Virus record (IMG/VR): IMGVR_UViG_2903352716_000007
Span: 19,591 to 83,590 of that record
Reading direction: 5' to 3' (one strand)
Source of the DNA: a virus
Taxonomy: Duplodnaviria; Caudoviricetes
DNA: 64,000 bases
Shown here: in pieces, positions 27,189-37,864 of the stretch
Layout: each line of letters starts with the position of its first letter
Numbering within the stretch: position 1 is the stretch's first letter
Translations under genes and position numbers: made by a program
The notes under the pieces: model-generated
What the model was told of the DNA's origin: nothing
Databases searched by the model: none
What the model saw: the letters and a program-made list of their open reading frames with translations, nothing else

Positions 27189-29284
27189 GCGAGGCCATTA
27201 ACAAAATCGCCATCCTGAGTTCAGCGATCAAACATGCGCTTCTGGCTGATGTGCAGTTCATGGATGGTCATGTCTCTTCTGCATTTAACCGCAAGATGAA
27301 AGGGATCATTACACCTGGCATCTACGGAGGATTTGCACCTGAACTTGCTGGTGGGTTAAACCTTAAAATTACATCTTTGCATGGTCCCGGTGGGCATGGA
27401 GTAGCCTCTGTAGATGTGAATAATCTTCAGATAACCGTCCAGCAAATCGAAGATGTGATACTGGCTATCCCGGTAAATGGCATAACGCGGGTAATGCTGG
27501 AAGCAAATTACGAGTATGGTGTCAAAACCAACCAGATTGATGGTAGCTCAGATATTCCGGCTGCGCGGATTTTCACTGCCAGCATCAGTGAGCCGGTAGC
27601 TGGCAACCATCTGGAGTTATGCCGTTTAACCGTTCCCGCTGATGCGACAGAGTTGACTCTGGATATGATCGACTTATCGCATCGCCGGAATAAAGCTCTT
27701 GGTATTACGCTGAGTAGTGAGATTGACAGTGATGATGACCATGTTGCGGCATCGTCACACGCAGTCAAAAAGGCGGTTAAAGCTGCTAATGACATAGCTA
27801 CATTGCTGGTGAAAGAACTTGTTGGCGGCGCGCCAGCCATGCTGAATACGCTGAAAAAAATTGCGGATGCAATTAACAACGATCCACATTACAGCGCCAC
27901 AGTAGCTGCTGCGCTTGCACAGAAAGCACCACTCAATAGCCCCGCTCTGACAGGGATACCAACGGCCCCTACAGCACCATTAACAGTTAATAACTCACAA
28001 ATTGCGACTACGGCATTCGTAAATGCTGCAGTGGCTGCATTAGTGGGATCGTCTCCTGAAGCGCTGGATACGCTCAGTGAGTTAGCGAAAGCGTTGGGCA
28101 ATGATCCGAACTTCGCAACAACGATTACTAATCAGTTAGCGAAAAAACAGCCACTGGATGCCACTCTAACGGCACTTGCAGCGTTGGCTACCGGTGCAAA
28201 TAAACTACCGTATTTCACCGGTGCAGACACAGTTGCACAAACAGATTTCACGCAGGTGGCGCGTGATATCCTGGCTAAATCGTCGATCGCCGACGTTATA
28301 AAATACCTTGGTTTAAGCGAAACCATCGAGATCGCAAAAAATGCAGTACCGGCGACCCGAAAAATCAACGGTCACGCGCTGTCCGGAGACGTCAATGTCA
28401 CGTCTCAGGACATCTTCAACGGTCAGTGCGTCGAAATTGGCGCAAATCAGGATCTGAATAACTACAAAACACCCGGCCTCTATGTTCAGAGTGCAAATGC
28501 CAATACCAGTGCAGCGCTGCATTATCCAGAGAATAACGCCGGTTCTTTGGTCGTGTTGAAAAGTGCCGGAGTCACGCAGATTTATCGCACGTATAACTCT
28601 TCTCGCAGTTATACGCGAAGCCAGTATTCAACTGGAGGTTGGACGCCGTGGACCCCCGACAATTCCTTCCCAGTGGGAGCGCCAATCCCGTGGCCATCTG
28701 ATACCACCCCTCTGGGTTACGCATTAATGCAGGGCCAGGCTTTTGACAAATCAGCATATCCATTGCTTGGCAGTGCGTATCCGTCGGGGGTAATCCCTGA
28801 TATGCGCGGTCAGACCATTAAGGGGAAACCTGCAACCGGGCGTGCGGTATTGTCACAGGAACAGGATGGCATCAAATCGCATAACCATAGTGCCACCGCT
28901 GCAAATACCGATCTTGGGACAAAGGCGACGACGTCATTTGATTACGGCACTAAAACATCTTCCTCGTTTGATTATGGAACGAAAACAACGAATACAACGG
29001 GGGCACACGTACACTCCAGGAATAATGGAGGTTCTTACGTAGATTCGGGTAATAACACACAAAACCAGGTGCCACGCTGGGGATCGGCGTCTAACTCATC
29101 ATCGGCTGGAAACCACGCGCATGCTGTAACCATCGGCGCCCATGCTCATACTGTGGGTATAGGTGCGCACTCACATAACGTCACTCTTGGGCCGCATGGC
29201 CATGCCATTACAGTTAACGCCGCTGGTAATGCTGAAAATACCGTAAAAAATACTGCATTTAATTATTTAGTGAGGCTTGCCTAA
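27185..29284 (+). CDS. Tail fibre protein (P1 S equivalent)
   Basis: [37 protein letters not shown] repeats, collar domain [12 protein letters not shown], end [16 protein letters not shown]. Confidence 0.9.
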   Translation: MSEAINKIAILSSAIKHALLADVQFMDGHVSSAFNRKMKGIITPGIYGGFAPELAGGLNLKITSLHGPGGHGVASVDVNNLQITVQQIEDVILAIPVNGITRVMLEANYEYGVKTNQIDGSSDIPAARIFTASISEPVAGNHLELCRLTVPADATELTLDMIDLSHRRNKALGITLSSEIDSDDDHVAASSHAVKKAVKAANDIATLLVKELVGGAPAMLNTLKKIADAINNDPHYSATVAAALAQKAPLNSPALTGIPTAPTAPLTVNNSQIATTAFVNAAVAALVGSSPEALDTLSELAKALGNDPNFATTITNQLAKKQPLDATLTALAALATGANKLPYFTGADTVAQTDFTQVARDILAKSSIADVIKYLGLSETIEIAKNAVPATRKINGHALSGDVNVTSQDIFNGQCVEIGANQDLNNYKTPGLYVQSANANTSAALHYPENNAGSLVVLKSAGVTQIYRTYNSSRSYTRSQYSTGGWTPWTPDNSFPVGAPIPWPSDTTPLGYALMQGQAFDKSAYPLLGSAYPSGVIPDMRGQTIKGKPATGRAVLSQEQDGIKSHNHSATAANTDLGTKATTSFDYGTKTSSSFDYGTKTTNTTGAHVHSRNNGGSYVDSGNNTQNQVPRWGSASNSSSAGNHAHAVTIGAHAHTVGIGAHSHNVTLGPHGHAITVNAAGNAENTVKNTAFNYLVRLA
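28296..28321 (+). other. Relic gix/cix-type inversion crossover site inside the fibre gene
   Basis: TTATAAAATACCTTGGTTTAAGCGAA matches the recalled gix TTATCCAAAACCTCGGTTTACAGGAA at 19/26 by hand, at the constant/variable junction (KYLGLSET). Confidence 0.55.
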
Positions 29285-29865
29285 TGACTTTTAAAATGAC
29301 CGGAGAATGCCGGACTGTAACTGTTTATAATCTTCGCTCAGATACCAATGAATTTATTGGACAAGGCGATGCTTTTATTCCAGCATTTACTGGACTACCT
29401 GCCCATTGCACAACCATGAAACCACCAGAGAGTAAAGACGGTTTTATTTTTATTTTTGATACTAAAAATGAAAAGTGGGAAGAGGCAGAGGATCATCGAG
29501 GTGAGATTGTTTTCGATACAGAAACCGGTAATCAAATAGAGATAACAGAACCAGGCGGATATCCTGTAGGAACAACGACAATTGCGCCTGAAAACGCTTG
29601 GCAAAAATGGGATGGCATATCTTGGGTCGATGATACTGATGCAGAGAGAAGTACGTTCATTGAGGAAGCACAAAACAAGAAAATTACGCAACTCAAACTA
29701 GCGAATGAAGCTATTGAAACATTACAGGATGCCGTTGATTTCGATATGGCAACCGATGATGAAAAAGAGTCGCTTGTTGCATGGAAAAAATACCGGGTAT
29801 TACTGAGTCGTGTAAAACCAACTGATGCGCCAGATATTGAATGGCCCGAATCTCCGACCATATGA
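29284..29865 (+). CDS. Tail fibre assembly chaperone (Tfa/U)
   Basis: VYNLRSDTNEFIG...WEEAEDHRGE; LQDAVDFDMATDDE...WKKYRVLLSRV...IEWP. Confidence 0.9.
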   Translation: MTFKMTGECRTVTVYNLRSDTNEFIGQGDAFIPAFTGLPAHCTTMKPPESKDGFIFIFDTKNEKWEEAEDHRGEIVFDTETGNQIEITEPGGYPVGTTTIAPENAWQKWDGISWVDDTDAERSTFIEEAQNKKITQLKLANEAIETLQDAVDFDMATDDEKESLVAWKKYRVLLSRVKPTDAPDIEWPESPTI

Positions 29866-29903
29866 AAAAGCAAAGCCCGATTAGCTCGGGCTTTACTCAA
29901 TTA

Positions 29904-30098
29904 TCATGATGGGACCGGGGGCCACTCGGGGTTTGATGTATCTACCCGGTTAACCATCACGCTGTATCGTTCCCACGCCTCAAGTTGTTTGACCTCTTCA
30001 TCAGTTGCTATGTTCAGCCTTACCGTTCGTTCAAGTGGGGAAATGATTGACTCTGCTTCAGCAAGACGTTCTGATTTCTTTATCTCATCCTCCCCCAA
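29904..30098 (-). pseudogene. Inverted C-terminal remnant of a second Tfa (U') gene
   Basis: [40 protein letters not shown] is a Tfa C-terminus without its N-terminal domain. Confidence 0.7.
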
Positions 30099-30130
30099 TA
30101 ACCACTTCCCCGGCTAACTCCTTCATTTGC

Positions 30131-30151
30131 AAATCACAGACTCACTATTCT
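30131..30151 (+). promoter_or_regulatory. Late promoter (lydA-dar operon)
   Basis: AAATCACAGAC-tcac-TATTCT. Confidence 0.75.
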
Positions 30152-30185
30152 GCACCCTCTCAATCAGGAGTTTTACGGAGGGTTT

Positions 30186-30500
30186 GTGACAGAAGTAGAA
30201 GCGAATCTCATACAGGCGCTTTTCCTGTCGCTACTCAGCGGCACAGGCGTTTTCCTGCATGGGGTGCGCGAGGAAAGGATAAAGGCGTCATCCCTTAACT
30301 TGCTCACCGAATGGGTGTTAGCGGTACTCGCAGGACTGACCGCGTATTACATCGCCAGACATAAGGCGTGGGACGACAGCTTGCTTTATCTCGCCGTGTT
30401 GGTTGTCAGCAACAACGGTCGCGAGGTGTCAACAGCACTTAAAAACCGTCTTATCGAAGCTATCCAATTCTTATTTGGGCCAAAAGGAGGCCGGGGCTAA
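30186..30500 (+). CDS. lydA: Holin (LydA equivalent)
   Basis: 104 aa with about three TM segments; synteny lydA-lydB-hdf-darA. Confidence 0.75.
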   Translation: MTEVEANLIQALFLSLLSGTGVFLHGVREERIKASSLNLLTEWVLAVLAGLTAYYIARHKAWDDSLLYLAVLVVSNNGREVSTALKNRLIEAIQFLFGPKGGRG

Positions 30501-30949
30501 TGAATGACATTCAAAACTATTTCCTGCTGGGAATGGCGGCGGTGGCGGCAATTGATCGCTTCATTTTTAAAAGAAAACAGGTCGTGTTACTGGGCGCGGG
30601 GGAAGCAGTCGAAAGGGACAATGCGATAGCGTTTCCGGTCAAGTTTCAGGTCAACTGCGAGAAACTCACTGGGGCGCATATCGAATACTGGCTTCGTGAC
30701 TCCAGTAACCCCACGGCAGTTATCACGGGCAAAACCAGGACGCTGGATTTAACGCCGAAAGGCTTAAACCATGAGTACCTGCTGATAGATACGCGTTATC
30801 TGGACAATGGTACATGGGAACTAACGATCCGTATTACCCACGGTAACAGCCGTATGAACCCGTTGTACCGCATCTTCCCACTTCAGGAGTCAACCGTTCG
30901 CAGCTATGAGATTGCGAAAGGTAAGGGGGGATACAGTGTCATCAACTAA
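30500..30949 (+). CDS. lydB: Antiholin/lysis regulator (LydB equivalent)
   Basis: 149 aa, N-terminal TM; synteny. Confidence 0.7.
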   Translation: MNDIQNYFLLGMAAVAAIDRFIFKRKQVVLLGAGEAVERDNAIAFPVKFQVNCEKLTGAHIEYWLRDSSNPTAVITGKTRTLDLTPKGLNHEYLLIDTRYLDNGTWELTIRITHGNSRMNPLYRIFPLQESTVRSYEIAKGKGGYSVIN

Positions 30950-31568
30950 AGATAAGGGCTACGTCACGCTTAACTTTGATGAGTTAAACGAGAAAGGCCT
31001 GGATAAGCTGAAAAAAGCGATTTCTAAAGCCGGTTATGAGGTCGTCAAAATCACCCCGGCAGGGCCAGCCAGACGAAAAGACGGCATTCCCGTAAAAACG
31101 TTTGAGCTGAAAGGAATTGATGAGCAGGTCATGTCAATTCAGGTGAACAACACCGGCGATATCTCCGGCATTAAGCTGAATGGCAAAAACGCACCATACA
31201 CCCCCGTAAAAACAATGGCTGAACTGGGTAAATCACTGGCTGATTTATTCCGTAAAGGCTCAACCGCTTTTCAGAAGTCACTATCCAGAAAGCTGGCCCG
31301 TGCCGCTAAGAAAGACACCGACGGCAACAAGCCACAACCCAGCAAGGGTGTTAAGTCTGGGGTGCAAATGCTCAGTGACGCACGGGCGCGCCGCGACGAA
31401 CTGAAGGGGACGATCGCCACGACTCAAAAGAAAATTGAGTCCCTCTCTTCGGATTCCGACGAAGCGAAAAAATCGCAAGAGAACATTCAGGCGGCACTGA
31501 ATCTCGAAATGGCAAAGACCAGCCAGTTAGAGAAAGAGATCGCGCAACTGAAAGAAGGTACAAAATGA
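30939..31568 (+). CDS. hdf: Hdf, DarA-related antirestriction accessory
   Basis: Likely GTG start at 30939 (MSSTKDKG) after GGGGG SD; position before darA. Confidence 0.7.
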   Translation, partial: SSTKDKGYVTLNFDELNEKGLDKLKKAISKAGYEVVKITPAGPARRKDGIPVKTFELKGIDEQVMSIQVNNTGDISGIKLNGKNAPYTPVKTMAELGKSLADLFRKGSTAFQKSLSRKLARAAKKDTDGNKPQPSKGVKSGVQMLSDARARRDELKGTIATTQKKIESLSSDSDEAKKSQENIQAALNLEMAKTSQLEKEIAQLKEGTK

Positions 31569-33466
31569 CCGTTAAACTGATTGATACAATCACTCTAAAG
31601 GATGTGCCTGGCTACATCGCACCTGCAATCACTGACGCTATCTACGATGACCTGATGAAAGGGCAAGGTGCAGATCTGATGCTGGAAAGCGTCACGATTG
31701 ATGAAGTGGATCACTCTTATCTCGGTGACGAGCTGATCTACACCACGCACTCCGCGATGTTTGAAGCGATTACTACGGAACGTATGCGCCTGTCTCAGAC
31801 CATGCGCGCCTTTGTCCGATCGCTCAATCGTGGCCTGAACGGGACGGGCATTAAAGCCGGGACCGATGATGCTGGCCTGGACGATAGCGGAGAAAAAACG
31901 ATTGGTGGCGCCATTATCGGGAAGGTTCGCCGTGTTAACGGCATTCCGATCATGACTGCGCTGATACCGTTATCAGATGGTCAGTCTATTTCTCTGGTCT
32001 TCCACTCCCCGACCGCAGATAACGGGCGCATCAAAAACGATGATTTGCTGGTGGCTTTCCGTTTCCTGCTGAACAAGCGCGATGTAACGCATATTGTGGC
32101 CCCGATTGGTGGTCGCGACGTGTCGTTACAACAGGTTACTCAGGCGCTGGCGAACCTAGTCGAGCGCAACAGCGCAAAGTTCACCAAACAGCAATCGGCG
32201 CAGGTTAAATTGCGTGGCGATATTGACGCAATGAACGCCGAAAACGACCAGTTAAGTGAGCAACAATCCTCATTGCTCACTCAGGTTGAATCCATGCAGA
32301 GCAAATTACTCACTCACCAGAGCGACGAGCAAAGCGCACGTGAGAAACTCGCCAGCCAGCGCCGCATTAACGCAGAGCTGGAAGCCGAGTTGGTTGCTTT
32401 ACAGAACGGCACTCCGTCAGGCAGTGATAGCGCTGCAGGTTCATCTTTCACTGATACGACGCGCAAAGTGAAAGAGCGCATGGGTGTTGATGGTAAAGCC
32501 ACTTTGAGTAACGGCGCGGAGATCCGTTACAACTCATATGACAACGACGGCGAATTGATGGGGAGCGTAATCATCGCCGATCCGTCCGGTAAGGTGTATG
32601 AAATGCCGTCCCCATCCTCCCAGGGCGGAGCTATGGGGGTTACGGCAACAAAACTGCTTAAAGCCTACCGTGAAGGGCGAGCAGACCGTTACGTTGTCAC
32701 GACAGCGGATGCCGGTCAGGAAGAAAAGCCGCCGCTACCAGAACAGCAACCGCAGCCGGAGCCACAACCGGAACCGGAGCAAGTCGGCAAATACCGCTAT
32801 GCGCTGGTAAATCGTCCTGCCGGGATTGGTGCCGTCCCTGCAGGCCAGACTGCTATTTTGGCAGCACCGGCGCAGGACGATAAATATGGTCGCGTAGCAC
32901 GTCATGGCTTCATTGAATACGACCATAAACTGACGGAACAGGAGGCTTCTAACTTTGAGCTGAAGCTGATCCCGACTCAGGCCGATCTCGATGCGCTGGC
33001 GAAGGATGTCGCGAGTGATTCAATGGGGCGCTATGCAGAGCAATACGTTGAAATGGCTGAGACGGACGCCAAGATGTTTGACTCTCAGGTTAAGCTGAAC
33101 GCAAAGAAAATCGCACCGAATATGGCGTACCCGGAAGGGGACGATCTCGCTTACTTTTTAGGGCAAGTTAAAGCCGAGTTAGCGAACCAAACGCCACCAG
33201 CACCGGAACAAAACAACGAGGACCAGCCTGTGGTATCTGAAGCTGATAAAGCCGCAAATGACGCGTTAGATTATCTGGATGCCGTGACCAAATTGCAGTC
33301 CAAAGATATCGCGGAGATCCGTGATGCGCGCAGCAAGGTTCGCGGTGCCATTGCAACACTGCAGGACGCCGGTCGTTTTGACGAAAATGAAGACAAAGTG
33401 AATGCCGCCGCGCAACACCTGTCTGATCTGCTGGTGGCTATTCAACGAGAAGGGGCAGGGGCATGA
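31565..33466 (+). CDS. darA: DarA antirestriction head protein precursor
   Basis: 633 aa (P1 DarA size); LSDGQSISLVFHSPTAD...FRFLLNKRDVTHIVAP; coiled coil. Confidence 0.8.
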   Translation: MTVKLIDTITLKDVPGYIAPAITDAIYDDLMKGQGADLMLESVTIDEVDHSYLGDELIYTTHSAMFEAITTERMRLSQTMRAFVRSLNRGLNGTGIKAGTDDAGLDDSGEKTIGGAIIGKVRRVNGIPIMTALIPLSDGQSISLVFHSPTADNGRIKNDDLLVAFRFLLNKRDVTHIVAPIGGRDVSLQQVTQALANLVERNSAKFTKQQSAQVKLRGDIDAMNAENDQLSEQQSSLLTQVESMQSKLLTHQSDEQSAREKLASQRRINAELEAELVALQNGTPSGSDSAAGSSFTDTTRKVKERMGVDGKATLSNGAEIRYNSYDNDGELMGSVIIADPSGKVYEMPSPSSQGGAMGVTATKLLKAYREGRADRYVVTTADAGQEEKPPLPEQQPQPEPQPEPEQVGKYRYALVNRPAGIGAVPAGQTAILAAPAQDDKYGRVARHGFIEYDHKLTEQEASNFELKLIPTQADLDALAKDVASDSMGRYAEQYVEMAETDAKMFDSQVKLNAKKIAPNMAYPEGDDLAYFLGQVKAELANQTPPAPEQNNEDQPVVSEADKAANDALDYLDAVTKLQSKDIAEIRDARSKVRGAIATLQDAGRFDENEDKVNAAAQHLSDLLVAIQREGAGA

Positions 33467-33819
33467 ATTTAAGCGCGCTGGAACGTCTTGACCTAAATGA
33501 CCGTCTTGATGAGCTGATGGTACAAGCAACGACGGCTAAAGGGCTGGATTTGCTGGACCTGAATGACGAAATCGACGCCATTTTAGTTAAGCTGGGCTAT
33601 GGCGCTGAAGCAAGTCCAGACGAGGCCAAAGACGACGCCAAAGAAAATGCGCCGTCAATCGTTAAAGACTTTCTCTCCGGGAAGTTTGTAACACAGGCGC
33701 AGATGGACTTTGTGGACACGCTACGCCAGGTTGGTGAGTACCTTAACGAGTTCCTGACCCTGGATGATATGAAAGGCCAGGCTAACGCGTGGGCGACTCA
33801 AAACGAGTATGCACTCTGA
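33463..33819 (+). CDS. ddrA: DdrA
   Basis: 118 aa directly downstream of darA. Confidence 0.7.
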   Translation: MNLSALERLDLNDRLDELMVQATTAKGLDLLDLNDEIDAILVKLGYGAEASPDEAKDDAKENAPSIVKDFLSGKFVTQAQMDFVDTLRQVGEYLNEFLTLDDMKGQANAWATQNEYAL

Positions 33820-33870
33820 ATACTGATTACCGGCCCCGTTCATCGGGGCTTTTTCTTCCTCCCCCTGAAT

Positions 33871-33891
33871 AAAACACACACTCCTTATCCT
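33871..33891 (+). promoter_or_regulatory. Late promoter variant (ddrB)
   Basis: AAAACACACAC-tcct-TATCCT after a terminator hairpin. Confidence 0.6.
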
Positions 33892-33922
33892 TCACGAAAC
33901 CCAAAACGTGGAGGTATGACCG

Positions 33923-36900
33923 TTGGACGCAACACAACAGGCCATTAACGGCACATCAGGTCTGGATGGCCTTATTGCGCTGGTGGCATCGCTGCAATTC
34001 ACTGAGTCCCCGCTGGGGCGAACGTCGTTTGTAGTGACGAGCAAGGGCGATGAAGTCAAAACGGGCTTTAAAGTTGTTAACGCCGGAAACCTGATCATCT
34101 CAAACAACCTGGACGGGACGATAAACCCGGCATTCCCGACAGAGCTGCAGCCGCGGGATCGAACCCGTATGTCGAGCAAAATTCAGGTGAGCAAGATCGC
34201 CGGTAACTTGAGGCCAGCACAGCTAACCGATTCGGGGCTAAGTAGCCACGGCGCGCCAATTGTTGGCCCCGACAATGTGGTTGAGTCGGGTAATGGGCGA
34301 TCAATGGGGATACTGAGGGCTTACGAGCAGGGGCAAGCTGACAGCTACCGCGAGTATCTTATCGACCATGCCGCCGACTATGGGCTTAAAGCTGAAGATA
34401 TTGCCCGGATGGACAGGCCGGTGCTGGTCAGGGAACGAATTACCGACGTCGATCGCGCGCAGTTCGCCAGAGACTCCAACCTTTCCGACCTTCAGGAAAT
34501 GGCGGCAAGCGAGAAGGCATTCGTAGACGCTGAAATGCTGGATGAGCGCCTTATGGCAATGTTTTCGCCGTCCGAGGAAGGCAATCTCCTTGCCCGGTCA
34601 AACGACAGCTTTATTCAGGCGTTTATGCGCGAAATTGGGGACACGGCTACTGCAGGTCTGGTGACAACGGACGGCAGACCGACGAAGCAGTTAATTGACC
34701 GCATTCAGAACGCTATTTTCGCCAAAGCGTACAAGGATGAGCGCCTGGTCAAAATGGTCGCAGAAGAACCCGATCCTGATATGCGCAATATTCTGACGGC
34801 ACTCAACACTGCAGCCAGTGATTTTGCACAGATGCAGATGCTATCCGGTGATGTTCACAAGGAGGCCGTCAACGGGCTGGTGGGGGGACTTGATGAAGTT
34901 GATGGTCTGGATAAACAGGCCATTGCCGCGCTACAGGAAGCAATCAACCTTGTCCGACGAGCGAAAGACTCCGGGCAAGCGCTGGAAGAGGTGATCGCCC
35001 AACAAGGCCTGTTTGAAGATACCAGCAAAGAGGCGGAAGCCCTGGCATTGTTTATCGTCGCTAACAACCGTAGCGCAAAGCGTATTGGCGCAGCGTTTAA
35101 GAAGATGGCGCAGAAGATTAACGATGAGCTGATCCACCAGCAACAGGCTTTAGGGGATATGTTCGGCGGCGGTAGTCTTTCTCTTGGGGATGTACTGTCA
35201 TCAGTATCCGCCGAAATTGAAGAGGAATACGGCGAAGGAAAAGGGCTGAACTTTGCGATGTTTGAATCCGCACCGGGTGACACCGGCGCGTATATATCCC
35301 AAATGATCGCGAATGCAACCAGCGTAGACGAGCTGGTGAACGCCATCAAAATGAGCGGCAAAATTGAAACGGCTAACCCGGATACCGAAGAAAATCTCGC
35401 GCGCCTGAATTTCTCACTGGGAAGAAAGATGCCGTTTGTTATTGGCGCTAATACCCTTACCAACATTCGGTCATGGGCAGAGTCGAACGGGTATAGCGGT
35501 AAGTTGCTGGGCGCGATGGCTGATTCGGTCGAAAACAGTGCCTTCTACAGTAAGGCTGTGCTTGAGTCCATCAATAGCAACACCCCAGCACCATCGCTGG
35601 CTGATGCACGAAATATTAATTACCGGGTGAAGATATTTTTGGAGGCTGCGGAGGCTGGCGCCAGTAGCGATCGTCTCTTCATGCTCATGCACCGGCTGGA
35701 AGAGGTAATGGCGTCAGACTTGAGCTGGAATGAGTTGCGCAAGGCTTGCCGTACCTGGATGGACAACAGCATGAAAATGCCGAAAAACATCTATGAAGAA
35801 ATAACGAACAAGGTTGATAAACGTCTGCCAGAGGCAAACACAATCCCGGAGGTGATCTCCGTTCTCCAGAAGGCCATTACCGCCGGGAAAAAGGCGCTGA
35901 CCAATATTGACGGCGTAATGGGAGAAGGCAAAGCCGCGCTTGATGCCGTTGGGTTGTCACCGATTTTTAGCGGCGACGAGCTGGCGGATGCCTATATCGA
36001 TGTTTTGCAGCGCGTTAAAGCAATTGCAGAGGTCGGTGATCAAAAGGACCAGCTTTCATTGCCGGAACAAATCGATTTTTATGTCGGTGAAATCAACAAA
36101 GTCCGTGACAGGCCCGAGAGGTTGAAGCCTTACTTGAAAGACGTCTTCACATCGCGTGGTGGGATAGGCATGGATATAGAACGGCTTGGCTGGCTGGTGG
36201 ATCGTGAATCTGATGAATCATTCCAGTTGGCTGAGATAGGGCGGTTATTCAAGGGAACGACGCAATACCCTCCAATGATTATTGAGAACATTCACGGTAA
36301 GGTTAAAGCGGCCTTTGATGCGGTGATCCAGTCTTCGTCGGTGACAGAAGAAGAGGCCAGCGCATGGGCTGGCGCGCTCAACGTTAGCGATGATGTCACA
36401 CAGAAAACGGCTGTTACTGCAAAATGGCGTCCTGGATACGATGCGCGCGATATTGCGGGGCGAGTCTATACCTTAACCGGCGGAAAGCTGAATACACTGG
36501 AAACGATCGAACATCAGTCTCGTGTGAGGGCGTCAGCTAACAGGACATCAAAGTCTGTGACAATCGAAGCAGACAGTAACGATGAATCTGTTATGTGGCA
36601 CGAGCTGGGACACCATGTTGAATTTTCTAATCCGCACTTGCTTGAACGTGCAAAAGGTTTTCTGAAATCGAAGGCTGAAGGCCGACTGACCTACAGTAAT
36701 TTCGGTGGGTACGGCGATGCTGAGTACAAGGTCAAAACGTCACTGAGTCACTACTACATGTCCAAAATCTACATGGAAAGAAAGGTGAGTCTGGCTAGTG
36801 GCAAGGTATTATCGAAAGCACCGTCGTTGAACAATTGCCTTTCTACTGAAGTGTTCTCAATGGCTTTACAGTGTTATGCCGATCCTGAATTGACGGCAAA

Positions 36901-36973
36901 CTCATATTTAAACGGTGACGGCATTATTGAGTTTTTACTGGGATGCTTTAAGGAGCTGCAAAATGCGCATTAA
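33923..36973 (+). CDS. ddrB: DdrB: ParB-superfamily N-domain and C-terminal zincin-like HExxH domain
   Basis: TTG start 8 nt after GGAGG; LQPRDR, GAPIVGPDNVVESGNGR; WHELGHHVE and STEVFSM. Confidence 0.8.
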   Translation: MDATQQAINGTSGLDGLIALVASLQFTESPLGRTSFVVTSKGDEVKTGFKVVNAGNLIISNNLDGTINPAFPTELQPRDRTRMSSKIQVSKIAGNLRPAQLTDSGLSSHGAPIVGPDNVVESGNGRSMGILRAYEQGQADSYREYLIDHAADYGLKAEDIARMDRPVLVRERITDVDRAQFARDSNLSDLQEMAASEKAFVDAEMLDERLMAMFSPSEEGNLLARSNDSFIQAFMREIGDTATAGLVTTDGRPTKQLIDRIQNAIFAKAYKDERLVKMVAEEPDPDMRNILTALNTAASDFAQMQMLSGDVHKEAVNGLVGGLDEVDGLDKQAIAALQEAINLVRRAKDSGQALEEVIAQQGLFEDTSKEAEALALFIVANNRSAKRIGAAFKKMAQKINDELIHQQQALGDMFGGGSLSLGDVLSSVSAEIEEEYGEGKGLNFAMFESAPGDTGAYISQMIANATSVDELVNAIKMSGKIETANPDTEENLARLNFSLGRKMPFVIGANTLTNIRSWAESNGYSGKLLGAMADSVENSAFYSKAVLESINSNTPAPSLADARNINYRVKIFLEAAEAGASSDRLFMLMHRLEEVMASDLSWNELRKACRTWMDNSMKMPKNIYEEITNKVDKRLPEANTIPEVISVLQKAITAGKKALTNIDGVMGEGKAALDAVGLSPIFSGDELADAYIDVLQRVKAIAEVGDQKDQLSLPEQIDFYVGEINKVRDRPERLKPYLKDVFTSRGGIGMDIERLGWLVDRESDESFQLAEIGRLFKGTTQYPPMIIENIHGKVKAAFDAVIQSSSVTEEEASAWAGALNVSDDVTQKTAVTAKWRPGYDARDIAGRVYTLTGGKLNTLETIEHQSRVRASANRTSKSVTIEADSNDESVMWHELGHHVEFSNPHLLERAKGFLKSKAEGRLTYSNFGGYGDAEYKVKTSLSHYYMSKIYMERKVSLASGKVLSKAPSLNNCLSTEVFSMALQCYADPELTANSYLNGDGIIEFLLGCFKELQNAH

Positions 36974-37259
36974 AGTGACGATGCCGGGGGATAAATCCGG
37001 AGTAGTTGAGTGTAGCGAGACTGGCGCACTGGCGATCGTCGAAGGGGGTATTACCCTGGACGATATGCGCGCCAGCCTTCACGGTGTGCGTCCGAACTCT
37101 GCGGTCGGAGAAGTGAACTCGCTGGATGCTGAGGCTCACCTGGTCCTACGCAGCCTGGAAAGCGCTGGCTGGCTGGTGGACTGGCCTGAAGTTGAAGGCG
37201 GAGACGATGATCCGGACGACGATGAAGGCATACCGAATGTAGACAACACGGTCAACTAA
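36963..37259 (+). CDS. hxr: Hxr equivalent
   Basis: Likely ATG 36963 (MRIKVT) overlapping the ddrB end; synteny. Confidence 0.55.
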   Translation: MRIKVTMPGDKSGVVECSETGALAIVEGGITLDDMRASLHGVRPNSAVGEVNSLDAEAHLVLRSLESAGWLVDWPEVEGGDDDPDDDEGIPNVDNTVN

Positions 37260-37322
37260 GAGCAAAGCCCACGTTATGTGGGCTTCTTTTTGTCACGGGG
37301 TCAGGATGCTCGCCAGCGGGGT

Positions 37323-37343
37323 AAAGTACAGACCGGTTACTGT
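37323..37343 (+). promoter_or_regulatory. Late promoter (endolysin)
   Basis: AAAGTACAGAC-cggt-TACTGT. Confidence 0.75.
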
Positions 37344-37372
37344 TTTGGCTCAGAGCAAAAAGAGGAAAAAGC

Positions 37373-37864
37373 ATGAGTCAACCTATTGATCCGCGTTGGG
37401 TCGCGGAAGCCCGTAAACACATTGGTCTGCGGGAAATCAAAGGCCAGGAAAACAACCCTGAAATCGTCCAGATGTGGAAAGATATCAAGCGTGGCGGCAT
37501 CAAAAACGACGAAACCCCGTGGTGTGCGGCGTTCGTTGGTTCGATGCTTGAACGTGTGGGCATCAAGTCTACCCGCTTCGAATCTGCCCGAAGCTACTCA
37601 TCCTGGGGTGTAGCCCTTCACGATCCGGCGTATGGCTGCATTGTCACGTTTACCCGTGACGGCGGCGGTCATGTTGGCTTTGTCGTTGGTCAGGACGCAA
37701 ACCGTAATCTGTTAGTGCTGGGTGGCAACCAGGGCGATGCCGTGAATATCCGGGCGTTCCCGCGTAGCCGTGTGACAAGTTACCGCTGGCCTTCCGATGA
37801 ACCCGGACCGGAGTCCTACAAGCTGCCTAACCTGAATGGGCAGACGTCCACCAGCGAAGCGTAA
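37373..37864 (+). CDS. NlpC/P60-CHAP-like peptidoglycan hydrolase (TIGR02594-type), probable endolysin
   Basis: PRWVAEARKHIG, DETPWCAAFV, GGGHVGFV, VLGGNQGDAV. Confidence 0.85.
   Translation: MSQPIDPRWVAEARKHIGLREIKGQENNPEIVQMWKDIKRGGIKNDETPWCAAFVGSMLERVGIKSTRFESARSYSSWGVALHDPAYGCIVTFTRDGGGHVGFVVGQDANRNLLVLGGNQGDAVNIRAFPRSRVTSYRWPSDEPGPESYKLPNLNGQTSTSEA

Noticed and set aside
27185-30098. Diversity-generating retroelement or active shufflon at the tail fibre
   Set aside because: No reverse transcriptase, template/variable repeat pair or invertase in the window
33916-33948. 10-codon ORF at ATG 33916 after GGAGGT
   Set aside because: The SD abuts the ATG; its spacing suits the ddrB TTG at 33923
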